DNA of 29,116 nt. It comes from a bacterium. Lineage in GTDB: Bacteria > Bacillota_I > Bacilli_A > RFN20 > CAG-826. Of the stretch, positions 8,002-17,438 are shown piece after piece (the stretch's first letter is position 1; every line of letters begins with the position of its first letter). Made by a program: the position numbers and the translations under genes. The stretch covers positions 1 through 29,116 of the forward strand of contig CAVIPD010000043.1 of the NCBI GenBank assembly GCA_963644775.1, read 5' to 3'. The notes beneath the pieces were generated by a model, which saw only the letters and a program-made list of their open reading frames with translations, ran no database searches and was not told the DNA's origin.

Positions 8002-9234
8002 ATGTTGGATCCTTATAAATTAAGAAAAGATTTTCAAATGTTTAGAAATAAAACTCAAATGCAAGGGCATGATCTAGTCTTTTTGGATAATGCTTCTACA
8101 ACATTTAAACCTGATTGTGTTGTTAATGCAGTTAATCAGTATCTTTTAAATGAAACTTCTAACGCACATCGCGGTGATTATGATCTTTGTTATAACATAG
8201 ATGTCAATGTTGAAGAAGCTAGAAAGAGCATTGCTAAGTTTATTGGCGCTAATGATAATGAAATTGTTTTTTCTAGTGGTACTTCTATGTCTATTAATCT
8301 TATAGCATATGGCTATGCTGGAAAATATTTAACCGATAAAGATGAAATTCTTATTACTCAAGCCGAACATGCTTCTAATGTTCTTCCTTGGTTTAAAGTT
8401 CACGAATTGACAGGTTGCAAAATTGATTATATTCCTCTTGATAAGGATGGTAGATTAACTCCTGAAAGTGTTGAAAAAGCAATCACCAAAAACACAAAGA
8501 TTATTGCTGTTGCACAAGTTACTAATGTTTTAGGATTTGTTATCGACGTTAAAGAAATTTGTAAAATTGCTCATAAGTATGGAGTCATTGTTGTTTGCGA
8601 TGGTGCTCAATCAGTACCGCATATGAAAGTTGATGTTAAAGATTTAGATGTTGATTTCCTTAGTTTCTCAGGGCATAAAGTTTGTGGTCCAACAGGTATT
8701 GGTGTTTTATATGGAAAATATGAACTTCTTGAAAAGATGGATCCGTTAATGTCTGGTGGAGGAATGAATGCTAAGTTTGATATGTGTGGTGATGTTAAAT
8801 ATCTTAATCCTCCATCAAAATTTGAAGCAGGAACAATGAATATCGAAGGTATTTATGGTTTGAAAGCTGCTGTTGAATACGTTGATAAAATCGGTAGAGA
8901 TAATATCGAAGAATATGAATCATATTTAAGAAAATATATGATTGAGAAAATGCATGAAGTTCCTGGAATCATTATATATAATGAACACGCTGATGCAGGA
9001 ATTATTACATTTAATGTTAAAGGCGTGTTTGCCCAGGATTTAGCCACATACTTAAATAGTAGAGGTATCGCTGTAAGAAGCGGTCAACATTGCGCGAAAA
9101 TTTTAATTACATTTTTGCATGAAGTTGCTACATGTCGTGCCTCAATTTATTTTTATACAACAAAAGAAGATGTTGATGCATTTGTTGATGCATTAAAGAA
9201 AGGTGGTGACTATCTCGATGCCTATTTCGCTTAG
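8002..9234 (+). CDS. sufS: Cysteine desulfurase, SufS (class II)
   Basis: FLDNASTT, EHASNVLPW, DGAQSVPH, PLP lysine in FSGHK, and RSGQHCA. Confidence 0.97.
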   Translation: MLDPYKLRKDFQMFRNKTQMQGHDLVFLDNASTTFKPDCVVNAVNQYLLNETSNAHRGDYDLCYNIDVNVEEARKSIAKFIGANDNEIVFSSGTSMSINLIAYGYAGKYLTDKDEILITQAEHASNVLPWFKVHELTGCKIDYIPLDKDGRLTPESVEKAITKNTKIIAVAQVTNVLGFVIDVKEICKIAHKYGVIVVCDGAQSVPHMKVDVKDLDVDFLSFSGHKVCGPTGIGVLYGKYELLEKMDPLMSGGGMNAKFDMCGDVKYLNPPSKFEAGTMNIEGIYGLKAAVEYVDKIGRDNIEEYESYLRKYMIEKMHEVPGIIIYNEHADAGIITFNVKGVFAQDLATYLNSRGIAVRSGQHCAKILITFLHEVATCRASIYFYTTKEDVDAFVDALKKGGDYLDAYFA

Positions 9235-9661
9235 TCCTCAAATGATGAGGCAAATTATTATGGATCATTATGAGAATCCTCAATTTAAGAAAACTCCAAA
9301 TAATATCTCAAAATATAAAACAATTAATATGAATTCTACTAATTGCATCGATGATATTACTATCTATGTTTTAGAAGAAAACGATGTTGTGAAGGAATGC
9401 TATTTTGATGGTGTTGCTTGCACAATTTCGACTGCTTCAACAGATATTATGTGTGGTTTAGTTATTGGTAAAGCCTATAAAGATGCATTAAATATTATCG
9501 AACAATATAAGCATATGATTCATGAAGAACCTTATGATGAATCAGTTCTTGATGAAGCTATTGTTTTTATGAATACATCTAAACAAGCAGCACGAATTAA
9601 ATGTGCCACAATAGGATGGGATGGCTTAGAAGAAATCATTTGCCATAATCACAAACATTAA
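9218..9661 (+). CDS. sufU: SufU sulfur-transfer protein (NifU/IscU-like)
   Basis: [26 protein letters not shown]. Start moved to ATG 9218 (AAAGGTGG upstream), overlapping the end of sufS. Confidence 0.93.
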   Translation: MPISLSPQMMRQIIMDHYENPQFKKTPNNISKYKTINMNSTNCIDDITIYVLEENDVVKECYFDGVACTISTASTDIMCGLVIGKAYKDALNIIEQYKHMIHEEPYDESVLDEAIVFMNTSKQAARIKCATIGWDGLEEIICHNHKH

Positions 9662-9663
9662 TT

Positions 9664-11058
9664 ATGAAAAAAGATATAGTTAACGAAGAATATAAATATG
9701 GTTTTAAAGACAATGATGTCTCTATTTTTAATACGGGCAAAGGTTTAACCGAAGATATTGTTCGTGAAATTTCAAAATTAAAAAACGAACCTGAATGGAT
9801 GCTTGAATTTAGGTTAAAAGCTTATAAAGCTTTCAAAGAACTTCCTATGCCATCATTCGGTCCCGATTTATCATTTTTAGATTTTGATTCTTATACATAT
9901 TTTATTAGACCAAGTCAAAAAGTTGAAAAAGATTGGAATAAGGTTCCTGAAACTATTAAAAACACATTTCAAAAGCTTGGTATTCCAGAAGCAGAACAAA
10001 AATATCTTTCTGGTGTTACTACTCAATATGAAAGCGAAGCAGTTTATCATAACATGCTGAAAGAAGTAGAAGATAAAGGTGTTATTTTCTTATCAACCGA
10101 TCAAGCATTAAAAGTATGCCCTGATATTGTTAAGAAATACTTCAATACTGTTGTTCCTTATAAAGACAATAAATTTGCTGCATTAAATGGCGCAGTTTGG
10201 TCTGGTGGATCATTTATTTATGTTCCTAAAGGCGTTGTATTAGACAAACCGCTTCAAAGTTATTTCAGAATCAATAATGAAAAGAGTGGTCAATTTGAAA
10301 GAACATTAATTATTGTTGATGAAGGCGCAAGTGTGCATTACGTTGAAGGTTGTACTGCTCCTATATATAGTAAAGATTCACTACATGCGGCAGTTGTGGA
10401 AATTGTTGTTTTAAAAGATGCTAAATGTCGTTATTCAACAGTTCAAAACTGGTCAACAAATATTGTTAACTTAGTCACTAAACGTGCATTAGTTAAAGAA
10501 AATGGCCAAATGGATTGGATTGATGGAAACATAGGTAGCCAAACAAATATGAAATACCCAGCGTGCATTTTAGCTGGTGAAGGTGCTCGTGGAAATTGTA
10601 TTTCCATCGCAGTTGCTGGTAAAGGACAGTATCAAGATGCTGGTGCAAGAATGATTCACCTTGCTAAAAATACATCATCAACAATCATTTCAAAATCAAT
10701 TGTTAAAAATGGTGGTGTTGCAAATTATCGTGGCACTGTTAGACATGTTAAAAATGCCACAAATTGTAAGAGTCATATTGAATGTGACACACTCATTTTG
10801 GATGATATTTCAAAAAGTGACACAATTCCAACAAATATGGTTATGAATAATACATCATTTATTGAACATGAGGCTACAGTTAGTAAGATCAATGAAGATC
10901 AACTTTTCTATTTAATGTCTCGAGGTATTTCTAGAAAAGACGCTACACAAATGATTATTATGGGATTTATTGAACCATTCTCAAAAGAATTGCCAATGGA
11001 ATATGCGGTTGAACTTAATCAATTAATCAAAATGGATATGGATGGAAGCATCGGATAA
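9664..11058 (+). CDS. sufB: Fe-S cluster assembly protein SufB
   Basis: [57 protein letters not shown]. Confidence 0.98.
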   Translation: MKKDIVNEEYKYGFKDNDVSIFNTGKGLTEDIVREISKLKNEPEWMLEFRLKAYKAFKELPMPSFGPDLSFLDFDSYTYFIRPSQKVEKDWNKVPETIKNTFQKLGIPEAEQKYLSGVTTQYESEAVYHNMLKEVEDKGVIFLSTDQALKVCPDIVKKYFNTVVPYKDNKFAALNGAVWSGGSFIYVPKGVVLDKPLQSYFRINNEKSGQFERTLIIVDEGASVHYVEGCTAPIYSKDSLHAAVVEIVVLKDAKCRYSTVQNWSTNIVNLVTKRALVKENGQMDWIDGNIGSQTNMKYPACILAGEGARGNCISIAVAGKGQYQDAGARMIHLAKNTSSTIISKSIVKNGGVANYRGTVRHVKNATNCKSHIECDTLILDDISKSDTIPTNMVMNNTSFIEHEATVSKINEDQLFYLMSRGISRKDATQMIIMGFIEPFSKELPMEYAVELNQLIKMDMDGSIG

Positions 11059-12929
11059 TGAAAGCATATGATGTTATAGTTGTTGGTGGCGGACATGCGG
11101 GCGTTGAAGCTTGTGCAGCAAGCGCTCATATGGGTCTTTCAACATTACTTATTACCTTGAATAAAAAGATGATTTCTAATATGCCTTGTAATCCATCGAT
11201 AGGTGGGTCTGCTAAAGGCATTGTTGTTCGTGAAATCGATGCTCTTGGTGGAATGATGGGAATCGCAGCTGATCATGAGTATTTACAAATGAAGATGCTT
11301 AATACCGGAAAAGGTCCTGGAGTTCAATGCTTAAGAGCTCAAGAAGATAAATTCCATTATCCGAATTATATGCAGGAATTGCTGGGAAAAATTAAGAATT
11401 TATCAATTATTGAAGGGCATGTAGTTGATTTATTACATAACGGAAATACCATTACAGGAGTAGTCTTAGATAATGGTGAAAACATATCCTCAAAAGCCGT
11501 TATTATTTCAACCGGAACATATATGGAAGGTGCCATACTTAGAGGGCACAAAATAACTCCCGGTGGACCTGATGGGGAAAAACCATCAATTGGCTTATCA
11601 AAAGCATTACAAAAATTAGGAATTGATATTATTAGATTCAAAACAGGAACACCTCCTAGAATTAAAAAATCTTCAATTGATTTTTCTAATGCTTCTATTC
11701 AACCAGGAATGGAAGGAAAACTCGCTTTTTCCTATGAAACAAATTCATTTTTGCCACTAAAAGATCAACTTCCATGTTGGCTAATTTATTCAAATGAAAA
11801 AACGCATGACATTATTCGTTCTAATCTAGATAAAACTGCAACATATAATGGACTTCAAACTGGTGTGGGGCCTAGATATTGCCCATCAATTGAAAGTAAG
11901 GTTATGACATTTAAAGATAAGACACGTCATCAACTTTTTCTCGAACCTGAGTTTAAAGATGGGGAATCTATTTATCTACAAGGTTTTTCAACTGCAATGC
12001 AAGAAGATATTCAAGAGCAAATGGTTCATTCACTTCAAGGGATGGAGCATGCTGAATTTTTGAAATATGCATACGCTATTGAATATGATGCACTTGTACC
12101 AACTCAATTTGATTTAACACTTCGAGTTAAAAACTTTAAAGGTTTATATGGTGCAGGACAAATATGCGGAACATCTGGTTATGAAGAAGCTGCGGGATTA
12201 GGATTAATTGCTGGTATTAACGCTGCGCTTTATATTCAAGGAAAAAAACCATTTATTCTTAAAAGAAATGAATCATATATTGGCGTTATGATTGATGACA
12301 TTGTTACCAAAGGCACAAATGAACCATATAGATTATTATCTTCTAGAGCAGAATATCGACTTCTTCTTAGACATGATAATGCTGATTTAAGATTAACTCC
12401 TTATGGATATAAACTTGGCCTTATTAGTGAGGAACGATATCGAAAATTTACTAAGAAAAACGAGAATGTTTTAAAGGCAAGAGAAATACTCTCATCAATC
12501 CATCTTGGATCAAGTAAAAAGGTTACTGATTATTTAATTTCACATAATCTTGAACCTCTAAATGCTGGCGTTAGTGGTCTTGAACTGTTAAAGCGTCCAA
12601 ATGTTCATTACGAACATCTACTTGAATTAGTGCCTGAACTAAAAGAAATTGAACTTGATTATATTGGTATTAATCAACTTGAAATTGGTATCAAATATGA
12701 AGGCTATATTAAACGCGAACAAGAAGAAGCAAAATCATTCTCTCAATTTGAAGATTATAAGTTACCTGATGACATTGATTATCTTCATATGCATGGACTT
12801 GCACTAGAAGCTAGACAAAAATTAGATAAAATTCGTCCTTTGACAATTGGACAAGCTGGTCGTATTTCTGGTGTCAATCCTAGTGATATATCTATCCTTA
12901 TATTACAATTAAAAAAAGGGCAAAAATGA
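11058..12929 (+). CDS. mnmG: tRNA uridine-5-carboxymethylaminomethyl modification enzyme MnmG (GidA)
   Basis: VVGGGHAGVEA, MPCNPSIGG, FKTGTPPR, GPRYCPSIE, GTSGYEEAA, RAEYRLLLRHDNADLRL. Confidence 0.98.
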   Translation: MKAYDVIVVGGGHAGVEACAASAHMGLSTLLITLNKKMISNMPCNPSIGGSAKGIVVREIDALGGMMGIAADHEYLQMKMLNTGKGPGVQCLRAQEDKFHYPNYMQELLGKIKNLSIIEGHVVDLLHNGNTITGVVLDNGENISSKAVIISTGTYMEGAILRGHKITPGGPDGEKPSIGLSKALQKLGIDIIRFKTGTPPRIKKSSIDFSNASIQPGMEGKLAFSYETNSFLPLKDQLPCWLIYSNEKTHDIIRSNLDKTATYNGLQTGVGPRYCPSIESKVMTFKDKTRHQLFLEPEFKDGESIYLQGFSTAMQEDIQEQMVHSLQGMEHAEFLKYAYAIEYDALVPTQFDLTLRVKNFKGLYGAGQICGTSGYEEAAGLGLIAGINAALYIQGKKPFILKRNESYIGVMIDDIVTKGTNEPYRLLSSRAEYRLLLRHDNADLRLTPYGYKLGLISEERYRKFTKKNENVLKAREILSSIHLGSSKKVTDYLISHNLEPLNAGVSGLELLKRPNVHYEHLLELVPELKEIELDYIGINQLEIGIKYEGYIKREQEEAKSFSQFEDYKLPDDIDYLHMHGLALEARQKLDKIRPLTIGQAGRISGVNPSDISILILQLKKGQK

Positions 12930-13624
12930 ATATAGAAATTTTGAAAAATTATATCAATATTCCTACCGATTCATCATTAGATGATAAAGCTGGAAAACTT
13001 TCATTATTTATGAAATTATTAAAAGAGTGGAATGAGAAATTTAATTTGACTGCTATTTGTGATGATGAAGAGATATATGAAAAACATTTTATTGATTCGT
13101 TAACTCTTAATAATTTTGTCTCATTAGAAAACAAAAAACTTTGCGATATTGGTACAGGAGCAGGATTTCCTGGAATTCCTTTAGCAATCTTTAACCCATC
13201 ACTAAATGTTACATTAGTTGAAAGTATTGGTAAAAAAGTGTCATTTCTTGAAGAAGTAAAAAAACGTTTAAATTTAGACAATGTCACCGTTATTAAATCA
13301 AGAGCAGAAGAAATAAAATCAAAAGAACAATTTGATTACATAACTGCTCGAGCAGTAACTGAATTAAATGTTCTTCTCGAATTGTCAATTCCATTGCTCA
13401 AAGTAAATGGTTCATTAATTGCTTATAAATTGTTTGAAGTTGAAGATGAAATCAAACGTGCCTCACATGCGTTAAAAGTATTGGATGCAAAAGTAGTTTC
13501 AAATAATAAATATGAATTACCTATAACACATGCAAAACGGAGTTTACTTGTAATAACAAAAAACTCAAAAACAAAAAGTAAATATCCTCGTCTATTTGCT
13601 GAAATTTCTAAATCACCATTATAA
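12926..13624 (+). CDS. rsmG: 16S rRNA m7G527 methyltransferase RsmG (GidB)
   Basis: WNEKFNLTAI, HFIDSL, DIGTGAGFPGIPLAI, TARAV. ATGA overlap with mnmG. Confidence 0.97.
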   Translation: MNIEILKNYINIPTDSSLDDKAGKLSLFMKLLKEWNEKFNLTAICDDEEIYEKHFIDSLTLNNFVSLENKKLCDIGTGAGFPGIPLAIFNPSLNVTLVESIGKKVSFLEEVKKRLNLDNVTVIKSRAEEIKSKEQFDYITARAVTELNVLLELSIPLLKVNGSLIAYKLFEVEDEIKRASHALKVLDAKVVSNNKYELPITHAKRSLLVITKNSKTKSKYPRLFAEISKSPL

Positions 13625-13627
13625 TTG

Positions 13628-13636
13628 TGATATAAT
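13628..13636 (+). promoter_or_regulatory. Extended -10 promoter for the FMN riboswitch-ribU transcript
   Basis: TG-A-TATAAT about 7 nt upstream of the aptamer 5' end. Confidence 0.7.
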
Positions 13637-13642
13637 CAATTT

Positions 13643-13748
13643 AGTTTCAGGGCAAGGTGAAATTCCTTACCGGCGGTAAACCCCGCGTGCCGAAAGGCTG
13701 ATCTAGTGAAATTCTAGAGGCGACAGTAAAGTCTGGATGAAAGAAACA
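13643..13748 (+). ncRNA. FMN riboswitch (RFN element) aptamer
   Basis: Consensus blocks CAGGGC-AAGGTGAAATTCCTT-ACCGGCGGTAAA...CCGCG, TGATCTAGTGAAATTCTAGAG-GCGACAGTAAAGTCTGGATGAAAGAA. Lies upstream of an ECF S component. Confidence 0.97.
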
Positions 13749-13764
13749 AGCTATTTTGTTTGAT

Positions 13765-13789
13765 GCGCCCTGAAGAAAGGGCGTTTTTT
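13765..13789 (+). terminator. Riboswitch-controlled terminator (expression platform)
   Basis: GCGCCCT-gaagaa-AGGGCGT followed by a T-run, ending just before the ribU ATG at 13791. Confidence 0.85.
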
Positions 13790-13790
13790 A

Positions 13791-14489
13791 ATGGATATTG
13801 CTAAAGCAATTATATTAGGAATAATGATTGTCGGTTGGTTTATAGCTTTTATCAAAGTATTTTATGATACGAAAAGAAAAGTTGAATATAGTAACGTTAC
13901 AAGACTACTAGTTCGTGTTGCTATTTTTGGAGCAATATCAGCTATTTTATATTGCGTTCCAATACTAAAATTTCCTATCCCATTTTTCCCATCATTTTTA
14001 GAATTTCATTTCGACGAAATTCCTGCCATTATTGCAGGATTTGCTTATGGCCCATTATCTGCAATTGGCGTTTTGCTTGTTAAAACAATTGTAAAACTTC
14101 CATTTACAACTACACTAAGTGTTGGTGAATTCTCAGACTTGTTATTCTCATTAGCATTTATTCTTCCTGCAAGCATAGTTTATAAATATCGTCGTAATTT
14201 CAAAGGTGCATTATTGGGTTTAGGAATTGGACTTATTTTTCAATTAGTGATTTCATTACTCGGAAATATATATGTTATGGTGCCGTTTTATATGTTTATG
14301 TTTAATATGTCCTCTGAACAACTTATTTCAATTTGTCAAATTGCTAATCCTGCAATTAAGGATGTTGGTTGGTCGTATGGTCTATTCGCAGTCCTGCCAT
14401 TTAATTTGATAAAAGATTTTGTCGTAATAATAGTCACAATTCTTGTATATAAATCAACTCATAGATTTATTGATAAATTACAAGGATAA
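13791..14489 (+). CDS. ribU: Riboflavin ECF transporter S component
   Basis: Multi-TM protein with FPIPFFPSFLEFHFDEIPAII-GF-YGP, VGE, and VLPFNLIK motifs. Controlled by the FMN riboswitch. Confidence 0.92.
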   Translation: MDIAKAIILGIMIVGWFIAFIKVFYDTKRKVEYSNVTRLLVRVAIFGAISAILYCVPILKFPIPFFPSFLEFHFDEIPAIIAGFAYGPLSAIGVLLVKTIVKLPFTTTLSVGEFSDLLFSLAFILPASIVYKYRRNFKGALLGLGIGLIFQLVISLLGNIYVMVPFYMFMFNMSSEQLISICQIANPAIKDVGWSYGLFAVLPFNLIKDFVVIIVTILVYKSTHRFIDKLQG

Positions 14490-14490
14490 T

Positions 14491-14513
14491 AAAAACCGCC
14501 CTTTCGAGCGGTT
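14491..14513 (-). terminator. Intrinsic terminator of the ferredoxin gene (possibly bidirectional)
   Basis: Minus strand AACCGCTC-GAAA-GGGCGGTT-TTT between convergent ribU and fer. Confidence 0.8.
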
Positions 14514-14530
14514 AATAGATTTCAGAATAA

Positions 14531-14701
14531 TTATTCAACTTCGATTGCACCGAATGGACATTCAAAGCCTAATTCTCCTTCGACTTCAGAAACAACTGCT
14601 TTTGCGCGTCCATCATCATCGAATTCGAAGACATCTGGTCTTGAACCGACACACAAGCCGCATGAACCACATGCATCTGCATTAACTTTTACTTTTGGCA
14701 T
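14531..14701 (-). CDS. fer: Monocluster [4Fe-4S] ferredoxin, 56 aa (not in the ORF track)
   Basis: Hand translation: MPKVKVNADACGSCGLCVGSRPDVFEFDDDGRAKAVVSEVEGELGFECPFGAIEVE*, with CxxCxxC...CP. RBS GGAGGA. Adjacent to ribU, as in Bacillus. Confidence 0.95.
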   Translation of the reverse strand: MPKVKVNADACGSCGLCVGSRPDVFEFDDDGRAKAVVSEVEGELGFECPFGAIEVE

Positions 14702-14722
14702 AACCATTCCTCCAATGAAAAT

Positions 14723-14751
14723 ATTATAAATAAGTGACTAAAACGTTTCAA
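14723..14751 (-). promoter_or_regulatory. Near-consensus sigma-A promoter of fer
   Basis: Minus strand TTGAAA (14751-14746), 17-nt spacer, TATAAT (14728-14723). Confidence 0.8.
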
Positions 14752-14814
14752 TATCTACTTAATTTTCTTAAATAATTAGATGCTTTGTATTATTATATAA
14801 AATATATAATTCGT

Positions 14815-15150
14815 ATGGCAGAGACTAGAGTAGAAAAATATAAAGCATATCGAGAAGAAATCCAAAATTCTTATATGGATTCTGATATGACTACAAAGAA
14901 GAAAACTTCCGACCGCGTCGAGAAAATGCTCGAAGAACAAGAAGGTGTTTCTTCTAATCATGAATCATTATCAATTGATAAAATGATTGATGCTTACGAG
15001 ATATACGATAAAGGCGTTGAAAATGAAAAATCACCTTTATTAAAAAAAGGTAAAATTAGAAGAATTTATGTTGTTGTTGCAACTATTGTGTGTTTAATCT
15101 TAATAACATTAACTCTAATATTTGCAATTCAAACATTTGGAGGAAAATAA
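14815..15150 (+). CDS. Hypothetical tail-anchored membrane protein (111 aa)
   Basis: Start re-assigned to ATG 14815 (MAETRVEKYKAYREEI). Charged N-terminal region and a single C-terminal hydrophobic helix preceded by KKGKIRR. Abuts cmk. Confidence 0.8.
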   Translation: MAETRVEKYKAYREEIQNSYMDSDMTTKKKTSDRVEKMLEEQEGVSSNHESLSIDKMIDAYEIYDKGVENEKSPLLKKGKIRRIYVVVATIVCLILITLTLIFAIQTFGGK

Positions 15151-15816
15151 ATGAAAAAAGTTGTCGTCGCGATTGATGGACCAGCTGCTGCTGGAAAATC
15201 TACAGTTTCAAAAGCTGTTGCCAAAATTCTTGGCTATACCTACATCGATACTGGCGCTATGTATCGTGCTTTTACTAGTTACGTTTTAGATAAAGGTATT
15301 GATCCAAAAAATGAAGCAGAATGTGTTAAATTAATTCCTGAAGTTAGTATTACTTTATATCCCGATGGAAAAGTTGTTTGTTCAGGAAAAGATGTTACAC
15401 GTGTTATTCGTGAGCCACTCGTTAGTGGAAATGTTAGCTACATTGCTTCTTATAAAGACATACGTCTTGCATTAGTTGATTTACAAAGAAAAATGGCCGG
15501 TGAACAATCGGTTGTTATGGATGGTAGAGATATTGGCACATATGTTTTACCAAATGCTGATGTCAAAATTTTCATGGTTGCTTCTGTTAAAGAAAGAGCA
15601 GATCGCCGTTACAAAGAAAATATGGAAAAAGGCATTGCTTGCTCATATGAAGATATTGTCGCGGATGTTGAAAAACGTGATCGTATTGATTCTTCAAGAG
15701 CATTCGCACCTCTTAAACCAGCTGAAGATTCAATTAAACTTGATACATCCAATATTAATATTGAAGAATCAATTGCAGCGGTTTTAAAAATCATTAAGGA
15801 CAAAGTTGGAGAATAA
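15151..15816 (+). CDS. cmk: Cytidylate kinase
   Basis: AIDGPAAAGKST, YIDTGAMYR, VMDGRDIGTYVLPNA, RDRIDSSR. Confidence 0.98.
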   Translation: MKKVVVAIDGPAAAGKSTVSKAVAKILGYTYIDTGAMYRAFTSYVLDKGIDPKNEAECVKLIPEVSITLYPDGKVVCSGKDVTRVIREPLVSGNVSYIASYKDIRLALVDLQRKMAGEQSVVMDGRDIGTYVLPNADVKIFMVASVKERADRRYKENMEKGIACSYEDIVADVEKRDRIDSSRAFAPLKPAEDSIKLDTSNINIEESIAAVLKIIKDKVGE

Positions 15817-15821
15817 TAAAG

Positions 15822-17129
15822 ATGGCTTTACCAGTTGTCGCATTAATTGGTAGTCCTAACGTTGGAAAATCCACGATTTTTAATCGTATCATTGGTAGAA
15901 GAAGATCAATCATTGATAATCAACCAGGAGTTACTCGCGATAGACTTTATGAAACAACATCATGGCTTGGGAAAGAATTTCGCTTAATTGATACAGGCGG
16001 TATTGAAGCCGCAAATAGACCTTTTCAAGAGCAAATAAGAATTCAAGCACAACTCGCTATTGATGAGGCTGATGTTATTGTATTTTTATGTGATTCTCGT
16101 AGAGGCGTCACAAATGACGATAGATTAATTGCTAAGATGCTTTATAAGAGCAAAAAGCCAATTATTCTTGCAGTCAATAAAATCGATAATAATGATATGA
16201 CTGCTAATTTAGGCGAATTTTATTCTCTTGGACTAGGAGAACCAATTCCAATGAGTGGTGAACATGGTATCGGCGTTGGTGATGTCTTAGATTTAATTAT
16301 TAAGAAGATTCCTATAAAGGAAGATGAAAAATACGACGATGCTATTACATTTTCACTTATTGGTAGACCTAATGTTGGTAAATCATCATTAGTGAATGCT
16401 TTATTAAATAAAGAACGTGTTATTGTTTCTAATATTGTTGGTACAACAAGGGATTCTGTTGATACCCCATTTTCTAAAGACGGAAAAAATTATGTTGTTA
16501 TTGATACAGCTGGATTAAAAAAACGTGGAAAAATATATGAGAGTATTGATAAATTTTCTGCATTACGTGCATTGAGTGCTATTGATAGAAGCGAAATTGT
16601 TTTATTTGTCATTGATGCTAATGAAGGAATCATCGAACAAGATAAACATGTTGTTGGCTATGCCGTTGAAAAGAAAAAAGGAATAATTATTGTCGTCAAT
16701 AAATGGGACAAGATTAAAAAAGAACAAAACACTCAATCTGATTTTGAGAAAAAAATTCGAAAAGAATTTCAATTCTTAGATTATGCACCTATCGTATTTA
16801 CATCAGCTTTGACAAAATCAAAAATTGAAAAAATATTTGATCTTATTGATAAGGTGCATTGTGCTTATGACACTCATATTCCAACAAGCTTATTAAATGA
16901 TGTTCTTCAAGATGCCCAAACAATGAATGAAGCTCCAGAATTTAATCATGGTCGTTTAAAAATATATTTTGCTAATCAAGCAAATAGTTGCCCTCCAACA
17001 TTTGTTTTGTTTGTTAATAAGCCTAAGTTTGCACACTTTTCATATATGAGATATTTGGAAAATAGATTGCGTGATTCGTTTAATTTAGACGGAACTCCAA
17101 TTGAAATTGTATTGAGAGAGCGTGTATAA
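15822..17129 (+). CDS. der: Ribosome biogenesis GTPase Der (EngA)
   Basis: Two G domains (GSPNVGKST/DTGG/NKID and GRPNVGKSS/DTAG/NKWD) and a C-terminal PPTFV...YMRYLEN. Confidence 0.98.
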   Translation: MALPVVALIGSPNVGKSTIFNRIIGRRRSIIDNQPGVTRDRLYETTSWLGKEFRLIDTGGIEAANRPFQEQIRIQAQLAIDEADVIVFLCDSRRGVTNDDRLIAKMLYKSKKPIILAVNKIDNNDMTANLGEFYSLGLGEPIPMSGEHGIGVGDVLDLIIKKIPIKEDEKYDDAITFSLIGRPNVGKSSLVNALLNKERVIVSNIVGTTRDSVDTPFSKDGKNYVVIDTAGLKKRGKIYESIDKFSALRALSAIDRSEIVLFVIDANEGIIEQDKHVVGYAVEKKKGIIIVVNKWDKIKKEQNTQSDFEKKIRKEFQFLDYAPIVFTSALTKSKIEKIFDLIDKVHCAYDTHIPTSLLNDVLQDAQTMNEAPEFNHGRLKIYFANQANSCPPTFVLFVNKPKFAHFSYMRYLENRLRDSFNLDGTPIEIVLRERV

Positions 17130-17130
17130 T
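17101..17130 (+). promoter_or_regulatory. Putative hup promoter inside the 3' end of der
   Basis: TTGAAA (17101-17106), 18-nt spacer, TATAAT (17125-17130). Confidence 0.6.
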
Positions 17131-17161
17131 ATGGCTAAATCCAATATCGGGGGAATCACTT

Positions 17162-17434
17162 ATGAATAAAGCTGATTTAGTTTTGGCTATTAGTGAAAGA
17201 GTTGATGTTTCACGCGTTGATGTTGAAGCTGTTGTTGAAGAATTTCTTAGCTTAATTGAAAAATCAATTATTAAAGGCGAAGAAGTCAAACTCTCTGGCT
17301 TTGGTTGCTTTGAAAAGAAACAACGTAAAGAAAGAAAAGGCACAAATCCTTCAGACGGAAAACACATCATCATTCCAGCAAGCGCGACAATTTCATTTAG
17401 GCCATCGAAAAATTTTAAAGCAAAAGTTAATTAA
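17162..17434 (+). CDS. hup: Histone-like DNA-binding protein HU
   Basis: MNKADLV, LSGFGCF, RKGTNPSDG, FRPSKNFK; 90 aa. Confidence 0.96.
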   Translation: MNKADLVLAISERVDVSRVDVEAVVEEFLSLIEKSIIKGEEVKLSGFGCFEKKQRKERKGTNPSDGKHIIIPASATISFRPSKNFKAKVN

Positions 17435-17438
17435 ATTA

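Noticed and set aside
14443..14685. 80-aa plus-strand ORF
   Set aside because: It is the antisense shadow of the real minus-strand ferredoxin gene (14531-14701) and has no RBS or recognisable motif.
17131..17169. 12-codon ORF (MAKSNIGGITYE) between der and hup
   Set aside because: Its ATG is immediately after the predicted -10 and so lies upstream of the likely TSS. It shows no similarity to a gpsA remnant.
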